Below are positions 16,805 through 26,950 of a DNA stretch of 44,532 bases, one piece after another. The position numbers and the translations under genes were made by a program. The stretch comes from Alphaproteobacteria bacterium (GTDB lineage Bacteria; Pseudomonadota; Alphaproteobacteria; Rs-D84), in assembly GCA_017546085.1 (NCBI GenBank), contig JAFYXQ010000005.1:1-44532 (forward strand), given 5' to 3'. The notes beneath the pieces are model-generated. The model was not told the origin of the DNA. It saw nothing but the letters and a program-made list of their open reading frames with translations, and searched no databases. Every line of letters begins with the position of its first letter. Within the stretch, counting starts at the first letter, position 1.

Positions 16805-19227
16805 CGAATTTTGATAACTTCTTTAATTATTTTGCAGGTGGGGAATTTCCAATAACGTTAACTGTTTTGGTTATGTTGGTTGTGTTTCTATTTTTAGTGC
16901 TGATGATTTTTGTGCCAACAATAACAAAGAAGATTTTTCCAAGTTTTGGTTATTCGAAGTATGCAAATTATTTACCATTTAAACAGGTTAATAATGATAA
17001 TTCAATGTTATTAACAGATGGTAGTTATATTTGTGTTTATAAGGTTAAAGGACTGCAAACGAGTATGCAAGATAAGGAAGCACGTGAAAAATTCCTTGAT
17101 TTGCGGGCACAAATATTTAATCAAATTCGTGATCCAAATGTGGTTATGCGTTTTTATATGATTCGTGATGCGGCAGATGAGGTGTCTGATTATGAATTTA
17201 GACAACCTGTGTTACAAAAAATTTATGATAAGTGGCAAGGACAGGGATTAAAAATATTTTTAAATTCTTATTATATTGTTTTGTCTGTTAAGGGGCCTGA
17301 TGCGCGTGCAAAATTATGGCAATATGGGAATTATATAGAATCTGTGTTGGCGGCGTATAAACCGCAAATTTTGAAAAATAAAAGTCATGACAATATGGCT
17401 ACATTCTTGGGGCGTATATTATCACCGATTTCAAAGCCAAGACCAAAGACGGCTGATAATGATATTGCAAGTTTAACCACGGTTGATGATGTTGAATTTT
17501 TAAAAAATGGATTTGTTAGATATCAATCCGGTGGAAGTCAATCGTTTGCAGCTATTATTTCTTTTAAAACATCGCCTGATTATCTTGATGAAGAGTTTTT
17601 TGAAACTATTTCCACAATTCAGACAGAAATGATTTCAATGAATGCGTTTAAAATTATGGGAACTGCTGCTGTGGAATCAACGTTAAGACAACGTCGTACA
17701 ACAGCGGATGAATCTAAAACTTCTACGGAAGATCAGATTGAAGAAGCGCAATCGATTATGGATGAAAATGTTTCAGGAAATCAAAATTTGGTAAATTATT
17801 ATCCTTTATTTGTTTTGTTTGGGAAGTCGCGCGAAGAATTAGAAAAATATGTTGATGAATTTAGAAAAATTTCAGCATCTTTTGGGATTTCGCCGATTGT
17901 TGAATCATTTGCATCTAAGGTTTCTTGGTTTGCGCAGATTCCAGGATTTGATGTTTTTCCACGTTCTTTTAAATTGTTGTCGCGTGCAGCTGCGATTTCT
18001 ATTCCGATGTCAACACAACCACGTGGTGTTGAAAATTCAGATTGGGGGCCGGGGCCATTGGTTATTTTTCCAACTGCACAGGGAACACCATATCAATTTC
18101 AATTCCATGTTTCTGACAAACCTGCGGCGGTGGCACATACACTTACCATTGGGCCAACAGGTGGTGGTAAAACAACACTGTTTTCATTCTTGATTGCACA
18201 AAGTTTAAGACATCAAAAATTAAAAGCTTTCTTCTTTGATAGAAATAAGGGGGCAGAAATATTTACACTCGCAGTTGGTGGAAAGTACATAACTATGCAG
18301 GGTAAGGAAAAAAATAAAGACCCGATGGAAAATACTTTCTTGACACATTTAAATCCGCTGAAAATGCCGGATAGTGCTGCAAATAGGGCTTTTTTACGTC
18401 GGTGGTTTGCAATTATTTCTGGGCAAAGTGATAATGTATCTGCAGATGAAATTGCGCGTGCTGTATCGGTGAATTTTGATTATTTGTCTGATAAAGATAG
18501 GATGTTAAAAAATTTATGGGAAAGTTGTTTTTCTTCTGCTGGGAATATGCGACCTGCGTTGAAGAAGTGGGTTGATCCATTGCAGTATGGCGATATGTTT
18601 AATGAATCAAATGATACGCTTGATTTGCAGTCGCGATTAACAACATTTGATTTTACTGATATTTTGCAAGACCCTGTGTTATCGCCGGCAGTTATTTCTT
18701 ATATTTTGCACAGGATTAATAATATAACCGTTGCAGGTGGTAATCCATCATTGATTATGATTGACGAAACAGCACCGATGCTTGAAAATAAGATGTTCCG
18801 TGATAATTTTATTGCAGGTTTGCAAGAAGGACGAAAAAATCGTCAGGCATATATGGCCGCGTTCCAACGTGCAAATGTTCTTGATAAACTGGGGATTGGT
18901 GATGTTGTCCGTGGGCAAGCACAGACGGTATTATTCTTCCGTAATCCTGCGGCAGATGCCAATGATTATGCGCATTGGAATCTGAATCCACTTGAAATGG
19001 CATTTATTCAGGGGCGTGCATATCCAAATCTGAAACGTGCATTATTATTATCAAGACCTGTAACAGGTGAATCAGTGATTTTGAATACTGAACTGGGTGG
19101 GCTGGGCAGTATGTTGAGATTGTTTGAATCAGGACGTTCATCTGTGTTGTTAGCTGAAGAATTATATAAGATGTATGGTTCAAATTTTGTTGAAGAATAT
19201 CTGAAAAAGCAAGGTGTTACAGATTAG
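16801..19227 (+). CDS. virB4: type IV secretion system ATPase VirB4
   Basis: 808 aa with Walker A GPTGGGKTT and a Walker B-like region LIMIDETAPML. The size and position after virB3 fit. Confidence 0.9.
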   Translation: MTNFDNFFNYFAGGEFPITLTVLVMLVVFLFLVLMIFVPTITKKIFPSFGYSKYANYLPFKQVNNDNSMLLTDGSYICVYKVKGLQTSMQDKEAREKFLDLRAQIFNQIRDPNVVMRFYMIRDAADEVSDYEFRQPVLQKIYDKWQGQGLKIFLNSYYIVLSVKGPDARAKLWQYGNYIESVLAAYKPQILKNKSHDNMATFLGRILSPISKPRPKTADNDIASLTTVDDVEFLKNGFVRYQSGGSQSFAAIISFKTSPDYLDEEFFETISTIQTEMISMNAFKIMGTAAVESTLRQRRTTADESKTSTEDQIEEAQSIMDENVSGNQNLVNYYPLFVLFGKSREELEKYVDEFRKISASFGISPIVESFASKVSWFAQIPGFDVFPRSFKLLSRAAAISIPMSTQPRGVENSDWGPGPLVIFPTAQGTPYQFQFHVSDKPAAVAHTLTIGPTGGGKTTLFSFLIAQSLRHQKLKAFFFDRNKGAEIFTLAVGGKYITMQGKEKNKDPMENTFLTHLNPLKMPDSAANRAFLRRWFAIISGQSDNVSADEIARAVSVNFDYLSDKDRMLKNLWESCFSSAGNMRPALKKWVDPLQYGDMFNESNDTLDLQSRLTTFDFTDILQDPVLSPAVISYILHRINNITVAGGNPSLIMIDETAPMLENKMFRDNFIAGLQEGRKNRQAYMAAFQRANVLDKLGIGDVVRGQAQTVLFFRNPAADANDYAHWNLNPLEMAFIQGRAYPNLKRALLLSRPVTGESVILNTELGGLGSMLRLFESGRSSVLLAEELYKMYGSNFVEEYLKKQGVTD

Positions 19228-19238
19228 TGGTACAACAT

Positions 19239-19853
19239 ATGCGTTTATCAGTGGTTATGTTTTTTGTATTGATTTCTTTGCCCGTAAATGCGGTGGATTG
19301 TGTGAAATACAAAAAAAATCCAATTGTAAATGTAACGCATATTGTGCCTGAAAAGAAAATTATTCAGCCTGATGAAGATATGGATTTGCAGTTACATGGG
19401 CATGTTATGTCAACAATGGCGGAATCATATAATATTTCAACAGCAGCAACGTTTGTTAAAACTGGGTTTTGTGTTTCACTTGAATCGATAGATGTTGGGT
19501 TCGGGTATAATGATTTTATTGTAAATATTGACCGAAATTATAAACCTAATTCGTGTGCGTATAATGCGGTATTGGCGCATGAAAACAAACATATTAATGA
19601 ATATTTATTGGTATTTGATGAATTCAAGGATGATTTTGAACGGGCGTTAAATGTGGCTGCAAATTCTGTTATGCCTGTGTTTGTTGAAAAAAAATCACAG
19701 ATTGATACCGTGATAGAAGATTTTTATCAGAAAATTCAAAATCATCCTGAAATTGTTTTGTTAAAGCAAAAAATTCGCGCCGCTGAAGAAATTAGAAATA
19801 AACGTATTGACCAAGATGAAGATGGTGCTGATTTAATAAAATGTTTTGAATAA
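19239..19853 (+). CDS. secreted hypothetical protein with HExxH motif (HENKH), coupled to virB4
   Basis: Sec signal peptide MRLSVVMFFVLISLPVNA. The frame opens with a GTG overlapping the virB4 TAG (19225-19229), and the first ATG is at 19239. LAHENKHINEY is metallopeptidase-like and possibly DUF922-like. Confidence 0.5.
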   Translation: MRLSVVMFFVLISLPVNAVDCVKYKKNPIVNVTHIVPEKKIIQPDEDMDLQLHGHVMSTMAESYNISTAATFVKTGFCVSLESIDVGFGYNDFIVNIDRNYKPNSCAYNAVLAHENKHINEYLLVFDEFKDDFERALNVAANSVMPVFVEKKSQIDTVIEDFYQKIQNHPEIVLLKQKIRAAEEIRNKRIDQDEDGADLIKCFE

Positions 19854-19944
19854 GGTTAATATTCTCATAAACTAGGTGAAATATCAGGTGTTGGTATTGC
19901 CGGTGAAATAGCAAGAAAAAAAATCATTGAAAGAAAATCAAAAT

Positions 19945-19973
19945 AAAAAATCCCCCAACTGGGGGATTTTTTT
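19945..19973. terminator. bidirectional intrinsic terminator
   Basis: AAAAAATCCCCCA-ACT-GGGGGATTTTTTT. Confidence 0.65.
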
Positions 19974-19982
19974 AGTAAATCT

Positions 19983-20059
<77 letters not shown>

Positions 20060-20205
20060 ATAAAGTCAGTCTATTATATACTATTTATTCCGATAGTCAA
20101 ATGAAAAATATTTTAATTCCTGATTTGGTGTGTTTTCCTAGGTCGTGGTTGAATTATATTTTTTTTGTTGCTATGATTTATTTAATTGAATAATAAGGGT
20201 TAATT

Positions 20206-21006
20206 GTGTTTCAAAATAAAACATTTAGAAAATTATGGAAGGGGTTTTGGGAACCTATTCTAAGTTTGCAGATATTTCAATGGGTTATCGCTATTTTAAT
20301 GGCGATTCCGATTTGGTTCGTTTATTTTACATCAATTAAAAAAATTACAAATATTGATGTTTTTTATAAGTATAGAAAAAAGCCTGCAATATTTATTTTT
20401 TGGCATGGTCGTTCTATGATGTTAAGCCCAATTATTTGTTTGGGTGGAATGCATGCGTATGCTGTGGCAAGTCGCCATAAAGATGGACGTATGATGGCAA
20501 AATTACAACATTTATTTGGGTTACGTGCTATTTATGGTTCTTCGCATAAGGGTGGTGTGTCTGTTCTGCGCGAAGGTTTGCGTGTGTTGGCGCGTGGAGA
20601 TCATGGAATTTGTTTGTCGCCAGATGGACCTGGGGGGCCGTCTTTGCGTGTTCAGGATGGGGCGTTGTATTTTGCAAAGATGAGCGGGGCACCAATTATT
20701 CCTGTTTGTTATTCTTGTTCAAAGTCATGGTTGCAAGATAGGTGGGATAGGTATTTGGTTGCACTGCCTTTTTCAAAAATTACATGCAATATTGGAAATC
20801 CAATATTTGTGCCTAAAAAAGTAACACCACAAGAATTTGAAGATATTAGAAAAAATATAGAAGATTTTATGGTGGCGCAAATGCGTGAATTGGATGCAGA
20901 ATTTGGATTAAAACCTGCTGAGCAAGATTTGACATCGGTTGAATTTAAGCAGAAAAAGCGTGAGGCTGCTGCAGCAAAAAAAGCTAGTAAGCGTAAGAAA
21001 ATTTAA
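20206..21006 (+). CDS. DUF374-type lysophospholipid acyltransferase-like protein (lipid A/Kdo locus associated)
   Basis: N-terminal TM segment, then FWHGRSMM...SRHKDGRMMA...LSPDGPGGP motifs as in DUF374 proteins that accompany waaA/lpxK in alphaproteobacteria. It has a Lys-rich tail and a GTG start. Confidence 0.65.
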   Translation: MFQNKTFRKLWKGFWEPILSLQIFQWVIAILMAIPIWFVYFTSIKKITNIDVFYKYRKKPAIFIFWHGRSMMLSPIICLGGMHAYAVASRHKDGRMMAKLQHLFGLRAIYGSSHKGGVSVLREGLRVLARGDHGICLSPDGPGGPSLRVQDGALYFAKMSGAPIIPVCYSCSKSWLQDRWDRYLVALPFSKITCNIGNPIFVPKKVTPQEFEDIRKNIEDFMVAQMRELDAEFGLKPAEQDLTSVEFKQKKREAAAAKKASKRKKI

Positions 21007-21019
21007 AAGGAATTTTTTG

Positions 21020-21934
21020 ATGAAAACACCGCGTTGGTTTTTGAAAAAAAAATTAATATCGTTTTTATTATGGCCATTGTCGGTGTTGTATTTTTTTATC
21101 TCAAAAATTATTAATGTTATTAGGGGAAGAAAAAAATATGTTTCACGTCGACCTATAATTTGTGTTGGAAATATTTTTGCTGGTGGTGTTGGAAAAACAC
21201 CAATCGTTCGTCAAATTGCAGCGCATTTTGATGCGCCTGTTGTTATGCGTGGGTATAAGAAAGATAAGTCATTGACTGGTATCGGGGACGAGGCTTTTAT
21301 GTTAAGTAATGCAGGGTTGAACGTTCATGTAGGGGATAGAAAATCAAATCTTGTATTGTTAAATAAACAAAAATCTGAAAAAGGTCCAATTGTTATGGAT
21401 GATGGATTGCAAAATCCGACAATTAAAAAAGATATTTCAATCGTTGTTTTTGATGAAGGGTTGGGATATGGAAATGGTTTTTTGTTGCCTGCGGGACCGT
21501 TACGTGTACCGAAAAAATATGCACGTAAAGCAGATGCTATTATTGTTATTAGGTCAAAAAATCCAAAGAAAAATTTTGTTTTGCCAAGAAATGTACCTGT
21601 GTTTTATGCAGATAATAAGACAATTTCGCCATATACTAATAATCAAAAATTGGTTGCGTTCGCAGGTATTGGATATCCGGATAAATTTTTTGATGCGTTA
21701 ACTAATGTTGTGGCAAAACGTGCATTTTCTGACCATTATCAATATGATGATGATGATATTAAGTCGTTGATGAAATTGGCGGATAATAAAAAAGCAAAAC
21801 TGATAACCACAGAAAAAGATTGGGTTCGTTTGTCTAAGAAGTATCAAGCAAAGATAAAGTATGCGGTGCTGGAGACGGTTATAGAAGATAAATTTTTTGT
21901 TTGGTTAAAGGAGAAATTAAAATGCCAACAATAA
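21020..21934 (+). CDS. lpxK: tetraacyldisaccharide 4'-kinase
   Basis: P-loop VGNIFAGGVGKTP, then DDGLQN and TTEKD motifs. The ATG at 21020 is preferred over the upstream extension that overlaps the previous gene. Confidence 0.9.
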   Translation: MKTPRWFLKKKLISFLLWPLSVLYFFISKIINVIRGRKKYVSRRPIICVGNIFAGGVGKTPIVRQIAAHFDAPVVMRGYKKDKSLTGIGDEAFMLSNAGLNVHVGDRKSNLVLLNKQKSEKGPIVMDDGLQNPTIKKDISIVVFDEGLGYGNGFLLPAGPLRVPKKYARKADAIIVIRSKNPKKNFVLPRNVPVFYADNKTISPYTNNQKLVAFAGIGYPDKFFDALTNVVAKRAFSDHYQYDDDDIKSLMKLADNKKAKLITTEKDWVRLSKKYQAKIKYAVLETVIEDKFFVWLKEKLKCQQ

Positions 21935-22857
21935 AAAAAGAAGTTATTTTATCGGGGGTTGGAATTCATTCAGGTTTGCCGGTTAATGTCGTTATAAAAC
22001 CGTATGAAAAAAATGGAATCTTTTTTAAACGTGTGGATTTAGATGATGTGCAATTGATTCCTGCGCGGTTTGATAATGTTGGTGAAACAAAATTTCGTAA
22101 TACAACAATTGGTAAGTTGAATGCTGGGCATGTGCAGACGATTGAACATTTGATGGCTGCGTTATTTATTGTTGGGATTGATAGTGCGATAATTGAAATT
22201 AATGGGGCTGAAACACCAATACTTGATGGTAGTGCATCTGAATTTATCAAGAAAATTAAAGCAGTAGGTAAAACAGAAGGCGATTTAAAAAAGATTATTG
22301 TAAAAAAAGAAGTAGTCGTTTATGCGGCTGATGTTATTAAACAATTATCGTTGTTTGTTCGTTTGAAATTGTGGATGTTTAATAAAATTAATGGTAGAAA
22401 AGTTGATGGTTTTGTTAAATTGTCCCCAAATCAAGACGGGGTGTTGAATATAAATGCAACGTTGGTTTATTCTGAACCGATTATTGGAAAACAGTCTTGT
22501 GTTTATTCATATGATGGGACAAAAAAATCAATTGATGATTTTATTAAAAATTTTGCACGTGCACGTACGTTTGGTAAATATTCTGAATGGGAATATCTTA
22601 AAAAACGTGGTATGGGACGCGGGGCAAATGAAAATAATGTTATTGCATTGAATGATGCAGGTGATGGGACACTGAATAAATTACTGTGGAAAGATGAATT
22701 TGTTCGCCATAAAATAATTGATGCGATTGGTGATATGTTTACCAGTGGGGGTGTTGTTTGTGGGAATTTAGAATCTTATAAGGGAAGTCATGCGTTAAAT
22801 AATTTGGTGCTGAAAAAATTATTTAGCAATCCAGATAATTATGATATAGTTCAATAA
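21922..22857 (+). CDS. lpxC: UDP-3-O-acyl-N-acetylglucosamine deacetylase
   Basis: GVGIHSG start region, TIEHLMAAL and HKIIDAIGD motifs, and an AAGGAG SD at 21908-21913. Confidence 0.9.
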   Translation: MPTIKKEVILSGVGIHSGLPVNVVIKPYEKNGIFFKRVDLDDVQLIPARFDNVGETKFRNTTIGKLNAGHVQTIEHLMAALFIVGIDSAIIEINGAETPILDGSASEFIKKIKAVGKTEGDLKKIIVKKEVVVYAADVIKQLSLFVRLKLWMFNKINGRKVDGFVKLSPNQDGVLNINATLVYSEPIIGKQSCVYSYDGTKKSIDDFIKNFARARTFGKYSEWEYLKKRGMGRGANENNVIALNDAGDGTLNKLLWKDEFVRHKIIDAIGDMFTSGGVVCGNLESYKGSHALNNLVLKKLFSNPDNYDIVQ

Positions 22858-22884
22858 TAAAAATATTAAAAAAAGGAAGGGAAA

Positions 22885-23277
22885 ATGAAAAAGATTTTTA
22901 TGTTAGGGGCGGCGTTAATGTTGGCTGCGTGTAATGGTTTTGTTAAAAATGAAAATGGTAGTCAGTATTTATTACAATTGGATGCAGAACCTATTGGTTG
23001 TACATTTTTATATAAGTTGGAAACAGAAGTTTCTGTTTATGCAGCAGAAGATGCAAAACGTTATATGGAAAATCGTATTGTTGATCAGGCACGCCCTGGG
23101 AATGCGTATTGGATTACAAGTCAGCGAACAAAACCAAATGAATGGGTGATTTTTGGGCCTGAACGTTCGTTTGTTTTGGTTGCAAATGTTTATGATTGTC
23201 CAAATGTGAATAATGTTCGTACTGCAAAAGATATGGTTGATATTTCAGATAATTGTATATATGGAAATTGTCAATAA
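22885..23277 (+). CDS. small lipoprotein (DUF4156-like pattern)
   Basis: Lipobox LAAC at residues 13-16. The C..LY...... A...M.N.......GN...I......... VY.C arrangement resembles DUF4156 lipoproteins. It has its own terminator. Confidence 0.55.
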   Translation: MKKIFMLGAALMLAACNGFVKNENGSQYLLQLDAEPIGCTFLYKLETEVSVYAAEDAKRYMENRIVDQARPGNAYWITSQRTKPNEWVIFGPERSFVLVANVYDCPNVNNVRTAKDMVDISDNCIYGNCQ

Positions 23278-23282
23278 TAATT

Positions 23283-23309
23283 ATCCCACATTTGTGGGAT
23301 TTTTTTTAC
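23283..23309 (+). terminator. intrinsic terminator after lipoprotein gene
   Basis: ATCCCACA-TTTG-TGGGAT followed by T8. Confidence 0.65.
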
Positions 23310-23331
23310 GATTTTTATTCCTTGAAATCAT

Positions 23332-23361
23332 TTGCCTTGGATTTATATTTTGTGTTATAAT
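23332..23361 (+). promoter_or_regulatory. candidate sigma70-type promoter of the pilO/P/Q/R-like operon
   Basis: -35 TTGCCT (23332-23337), an 18-nt spacer and an extended -10 TGTTATAAT (23353-23361). This is the same extended -10 as upstream of virB3. Confidence 0.35.
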
Positions 23362-23391
23362 TGTTTTGAATATTCAGAGAGAGAATTTTAA

Positions 23392-24654
23392 TTGGCCAAT
23401 CAAGTTATAACTATTAATAGAAAAAAGTATGCTGTCGGTTTGTTTTGGCAGCCTATATCGCATGGGGTTCCACCACGTGTTTTTGTGAAGAATCTTGCGC
23501 GTGGTATTGATAAAAAACTGAATTTGTTCGCAGAATATCGTGAAATGGTTGCACTGGGGTCGCGACGTTTTGGACAGCGTGCAACAATGCGTGTGGCTGC
23601 GGCTGCGGTTATGGAAAGTTTTTCTGAATATACGTCTTTCTTGGCGATGTTTCAGGTGTCAAATGGGTATTATTTGGTTGCATCGCGTAATGGTGTTATT
23701 ATAGAAGATAAGTTATTTTCTGCTGAAAATTTAGCGCGGGCAGAATATGTTAAGTTGATGGAAATTCCTGATTGGGGGGCATTTTTTGCGCCTGGTGCAT
23801 GGGGAATGCCGCGTGCAGTTGAAAAAAACTTGTCAGATGTTTTGAATGTGAATAATCATGTAACACTGCGTTCTATTAGTTATTTAAGGGCAGGGGTGAT
23901 ATCTGCTTTGTTGGTGGTTTTGTTTTTTGTGTTGTTTATGGGGATTTTTAAGGATTCGGTTAAACAAGCGTTTGGTCCAAGACCGCAGGTTGCAGAATTA
24001 AATCCAGAATTAGTTGCAGAATATAAACGTCAGATAGAAGAAAAAAATAAAGAATTAGATGTAAAATTTGAAATCGAAAAACAATTACCACCTGAACCGA
24101 TTGTTATGCCGTATGAATTATTGCCTGATATGATATCGCGGGCAGAATTGTGTTATCGGGCGATTGGTTTTGTTATGCAGCCAATTACAGGTTGGAATCA
24201 GGTTAGTGCGATATGTGGGGAAACACATGTGGTTGCTGAATTAAAGCGGTCGTTTGGTACATTGGATGAATTTTATAATGTTGCAACTGAATTAATGCCG
24301 GGTGCGTTTGTAGAAGAACTTGATGAAGATACATTGCGTGTAACGGCAGTTTTACCAAAACTAGATTCAGTTTCATCCCAAGATGAACGTGATGCTGATA
24401 CGATTTTGCGTGATATAACTTCTTTGTTTCAAGGGGTTGATACCACTGTGAATGCACAGATTGTGATGGATACATTAACAAATGGGGTTGATGTAAAAGA
24501 ATTAAGTTTGGTTGAAATTGAAATTGAATCAAAGTTAACACCAGTGCATTTTATCAAGATTTTTGAAGATTTTGGTGGTGTTTATTTGATGCAAGCACGT
24601 TGGGACGTGGCAAAACGTATATGGAACTATGAGGTGATAATCTATGCAAAGTAA
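23392..24654 (+). CDS. bitopic membrane protein resembling type IVb pilus accessory protein PilO/PilO2 (PAP_PilO-like)
   Basis: 420 aa with a TTG start. The N-terminus (...INRKKYAVGLFWQPIS...) matches my recollection of the PilO2 GLFWQ signature. It has a single mid-protein TM segment (GVISALLVVLFFVLFMGIF). Its size and position precede PilP/Q/R-like genes. Confidence 0.5.
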   Translation: MANQVITINRKKYAVGLFWQPISHGVPPRVFVKNLARGIDKKLNLFAEYREMVALGSRRFGQRATMRVAAAAVMESFSEYTSFLAMFQVSNGYYLVASRNGVIIEDKLFSAENLARAEYVKLMEIPDWGAFFAPGAWGMPRAVEKNLSDVLNVNNHVTLRSISYLRAGVISALLVVLFFVLFMGIFKDSVKQAFGPRPQVAELNPELVAEYKRQIEEKNKELDVKFEIEKQLPPEPIVMPYELLPDMISRAELCYRAIGFVMQPITGWNQVSAICGETHVVAELKRSFGTLDEFYNVATELMPGAFVEELDEDTLRVTAVLPKLDSVSSQDERDADTILRDITSLFQGVDTTVNAQIVMDTLTNGVDVKELSLVEIEIESKLTPVHFIKIFEDFGGVYLMQARWDVAKRIWNYEVIIYAK

Positions 24655-25312
24655 AAAAGTATTTTTTGTTGTTTTGTTATTTATTCTGATGCCGATTATG
24701 TCAATTAAGGCAGAAGAGGTTATAGTAGAAGAACAGGTAGGTATAGAGCAGATTTCTGCTGATGCGGTTGCTGATTATCAGGTTCAGGGTTCTTTGTTTC
24801 AACAAATTACTGATTTAGAACAAGAAAAGGTTTTAATGCAATTGGAAAAAGAACGTGCACAGTTGGATTTGGAACTGGATAGATTAGCTGCGGAAAAAAT
24901 AAAACTGCATATGGAAATCGATACCCTGTCAGGGCGTGCAGAACAGCAGCAACAGGAAATAGAAACCCAAAAAGCAAAATTAGAAGCCGAGGCTGCACGT
25001 ATAGAACATGAAAAAGAAGCCTGGCAGGCACAGGCTGAAAAAGAAAAAACAGCAGCGGTTGCAAAAACAACAAAAAAACAAGAAAACACATCAATGGATA
25101 TTGCTGAAAAATATAGATTGGTTAATGTGGTTGGGGCTGGAAATCAATTACAGGCAACTGTTGAAGATTTGAAGTCAGGACAGTCAAAACGTGTTGCCGT
25201 GGGTAAGGTTTTAGACGGCTTTACTGTAAAATCTATATCACTGGATGAAGGGGTGGTATTTGAAGGTCCTGATGGTGAAATGCAGAATTTAAATGTTAGT
25301 AATGGAAAATAA
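24644..25312 (+). CDS. periplasmic coiled-coil protein, PilP-like (GspC HR-type C-terminal beta domain)
   Basis: Signal/anchor MQSKKVFFVVLLFILMPIMSIKA, a long Q/E/A/K coiled coil, and a C-terminus YRLVNVVGAGNQLQATVEDLKSGQSKRVAVGKVLDGFTVKSISLDEGVVFEG typical of PilP. It overlaps the upstream gene by 11 nt. Confidence 0.45.
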   Translation: MQSKKVFFVVLLFILMPIMSIKAEEVIVEEQVGIEQISADAVADYQVQGSLFQQITDLEQEKVLMQLEKERAQLDLELDRLAAEKIKLHMEIDTLSGRAEQQQQEIETQKAKLEAEAARIEHEKEAWQAQAEKEKTAAVAKTTKKQENTSMDIAEKYRLVNVVGAGNQLQATVEDLKSGQSKRVAVGKVLDGFTVKSISLDEGVVFEGPDGEMQNLNVSNGK

Positions 25313-25314
25313 TA

Positions 25315-26949
25315 ATGCCAAAACAAAAAGATAATTTTAATAATATCAATACCTATGATAAGCCTTCTGTACCGGCGGGACTTGAAAATTCAGAAAGCAA
25401 AGATATTATTGATTATTTGTTTGAAAATAATAATCGGTTGTTAACTGCAACTGGTGCAGCAATGGAATTACCGCATGATACACAAGGGTTGATTGCGTAT
25501 TTTTCTGGTGGCGAAATTATTATTTCACGTACACATCGTTATGATGGTCGTGTGTTGGCTTTCCTTGATTTGTTAAAACGCAGCGGAAGTTTTGTTCGTG
25601 AACCATTTTATTCTGATTTGGGATTGATTTCAAATATATATAAATCAAATGACCTAAAATTAGGTGGGCGTGCACGTTTTAAACAGGATTTTGATAACCA
25701 AATGCAGAAAGACTTTGTTGATATTATTGCAAAGGCTGCTGCGCAAAAGGTGTCTGATGTTCATATAGAGGTTGCAGACCAAACAACAATTTTCTTTCGT
25801 ATAGATGGCAGTATGCAGCCTGTGTTGGAATATAATTCACAATGGGGTGAATCTTTTGTTCGTGCAGCGTTTGCATCTGCTGATATGTCAAATGCAAACT
25901 ATGCCCAGAATGAATATCAGTCAGCTCAAAAGGATGGTCGTACACCGTTACGTGGAACCAAGGATTTATATTTACCAACAGGGGTTTTGGGTGTTCGTAT
26001 GCAATTTAACCCAATTGCATTTGGCAGTCGATATGTTGTTATGCGATTGCTGTATGATAACCCGTCCGAAGGTATAAAGGTAGAACAAGAATTTGGACCA
26101 TATGAACAACGTTTGTTAGCGCGTATGCGTTCATTTCCAACAGGATTGGTTATTGTTGCGGGGCCAACAAGTTCTGGTAAATCGACAACGCTTGTACGTA
26201 ATATGTCAATGATGTTGCGTGAACGTAATTATGAAATAAACATGATTACAGTGGAAAATCCTGTGGAACAGAAGATTTTTGGGGCACGTCAGATGCCGGT
26301 TGTTAATACAACAAATGAAGAACAACGTGAAGAAAAATATGTTGAAGCATTGGCTGCGGCATTGCGAAGCGACCCCGATACATTGATGGTTGGTGAAATT
26401 CGTACGTTGGCTGCGGCACAATTAACAGTGCGTGGGGCATTATCTGGCCATAATGTGTGGACAACATTGCATGCGAATTCTGCAATGGCAGCTTTGACAC
26501 GTTTGCTAGATTTGGGAATAGAACCGTTTAAATTGAAAGAAGAAACATTGATGCGTGGTTTGGTTTCAATGCGTTTATTTAAAAAGGTTTGTCCATATTG
26601 TCGTGAACCATTGATAAATCATCCTGAACGTGGTGCTTATCGTCGTGTAATGGATGCGTATGGCGAAATCGGATTAAAACAGGTGTATCAACGTGGTGTT
26701 GGTTGTGAACACTGTAATGGAACAGGGAATTTTGGTCGTGTAAAGGCTGGTGAAATTATAATTACAAATAGTGAATTTTTAAGACTAGCATTGTCAGGTG
26801 ATACAGATGGGGCGGTACATTATTGGTTGGAAAAAATGGATGGACGTACATTGAAAGAAGCGGCTGCTTCACTGATGTTGCAAGGGGTTATTAGTATTGA
26901 TGAAATAGAACGTTGGGTCGGGCAATTAGACCAGCCAGGGGTTTATTAA
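25315..26949 (+). CDS. GspE/PilB-family secretion/pilus assembly ATPase (R64 PilQ-like)
   Basis: Walker A GPTSSGKST, Asp box ENPVE, Walker B DPDTLMVGEIR, His box GHNVWTTLHAN and a tetracysteine cluster CPYC...CEHC. Confidence 0.9.
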   Translation: MPKQKDNFNNINTYDKPSVPAGLENSESKDIIDYLFENNNRLLTATGAAMELPHDTQGLIAYFSGGEIIISRTHRYDGRVLAFLDLLKRSGSFVREPFYSDLGLISNIYKSNDLKLGGRARFKQDFDNQMQKDFVDIIAKAAAQKVSDVHIEVADQTTIFFRIDGSMQPVLEYNSQWGESFVRAAFASADMSNANYAQNEYQSAQKDGRTPLRGTKDLYLPTGVLGVRMQFNPIAFGSRYVVMRLLYDNPSEGIKVEQEFGPYEQRLLARMRSFPTGLVIVAGPTSSGKSTTLVRNMSMMLRERNYEINMITVENPVEQKIFGARQMPVVNTTNEEQREEKYVEALAAALRSDPDTLMVGEIRTLAAAQLTVRGALSGHNVWTTLHANSAMAALTRLLDLGIEPFKLKEETLMRGLVSMRLFKKVCPYCREPLINHPERGAYRRVMDAYGEIGLKQVYQRGVGCEHCNGTGNFGRVKAGEIIITNSEFLRLALSGDTDGAVHYWLEKMDGRTLKEAAASLMLQGVISIDEIERWVGQLDQPGVY

Positions 26950-26950
26950 T

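Noticed and set aside
24799-25094. Two antisense ORFs of about 95 aa in the coiled-coil gene
   Set aside because: They are a low-complexity mirror of the Q/E/A/K-rich coiled-coil coding sequence.
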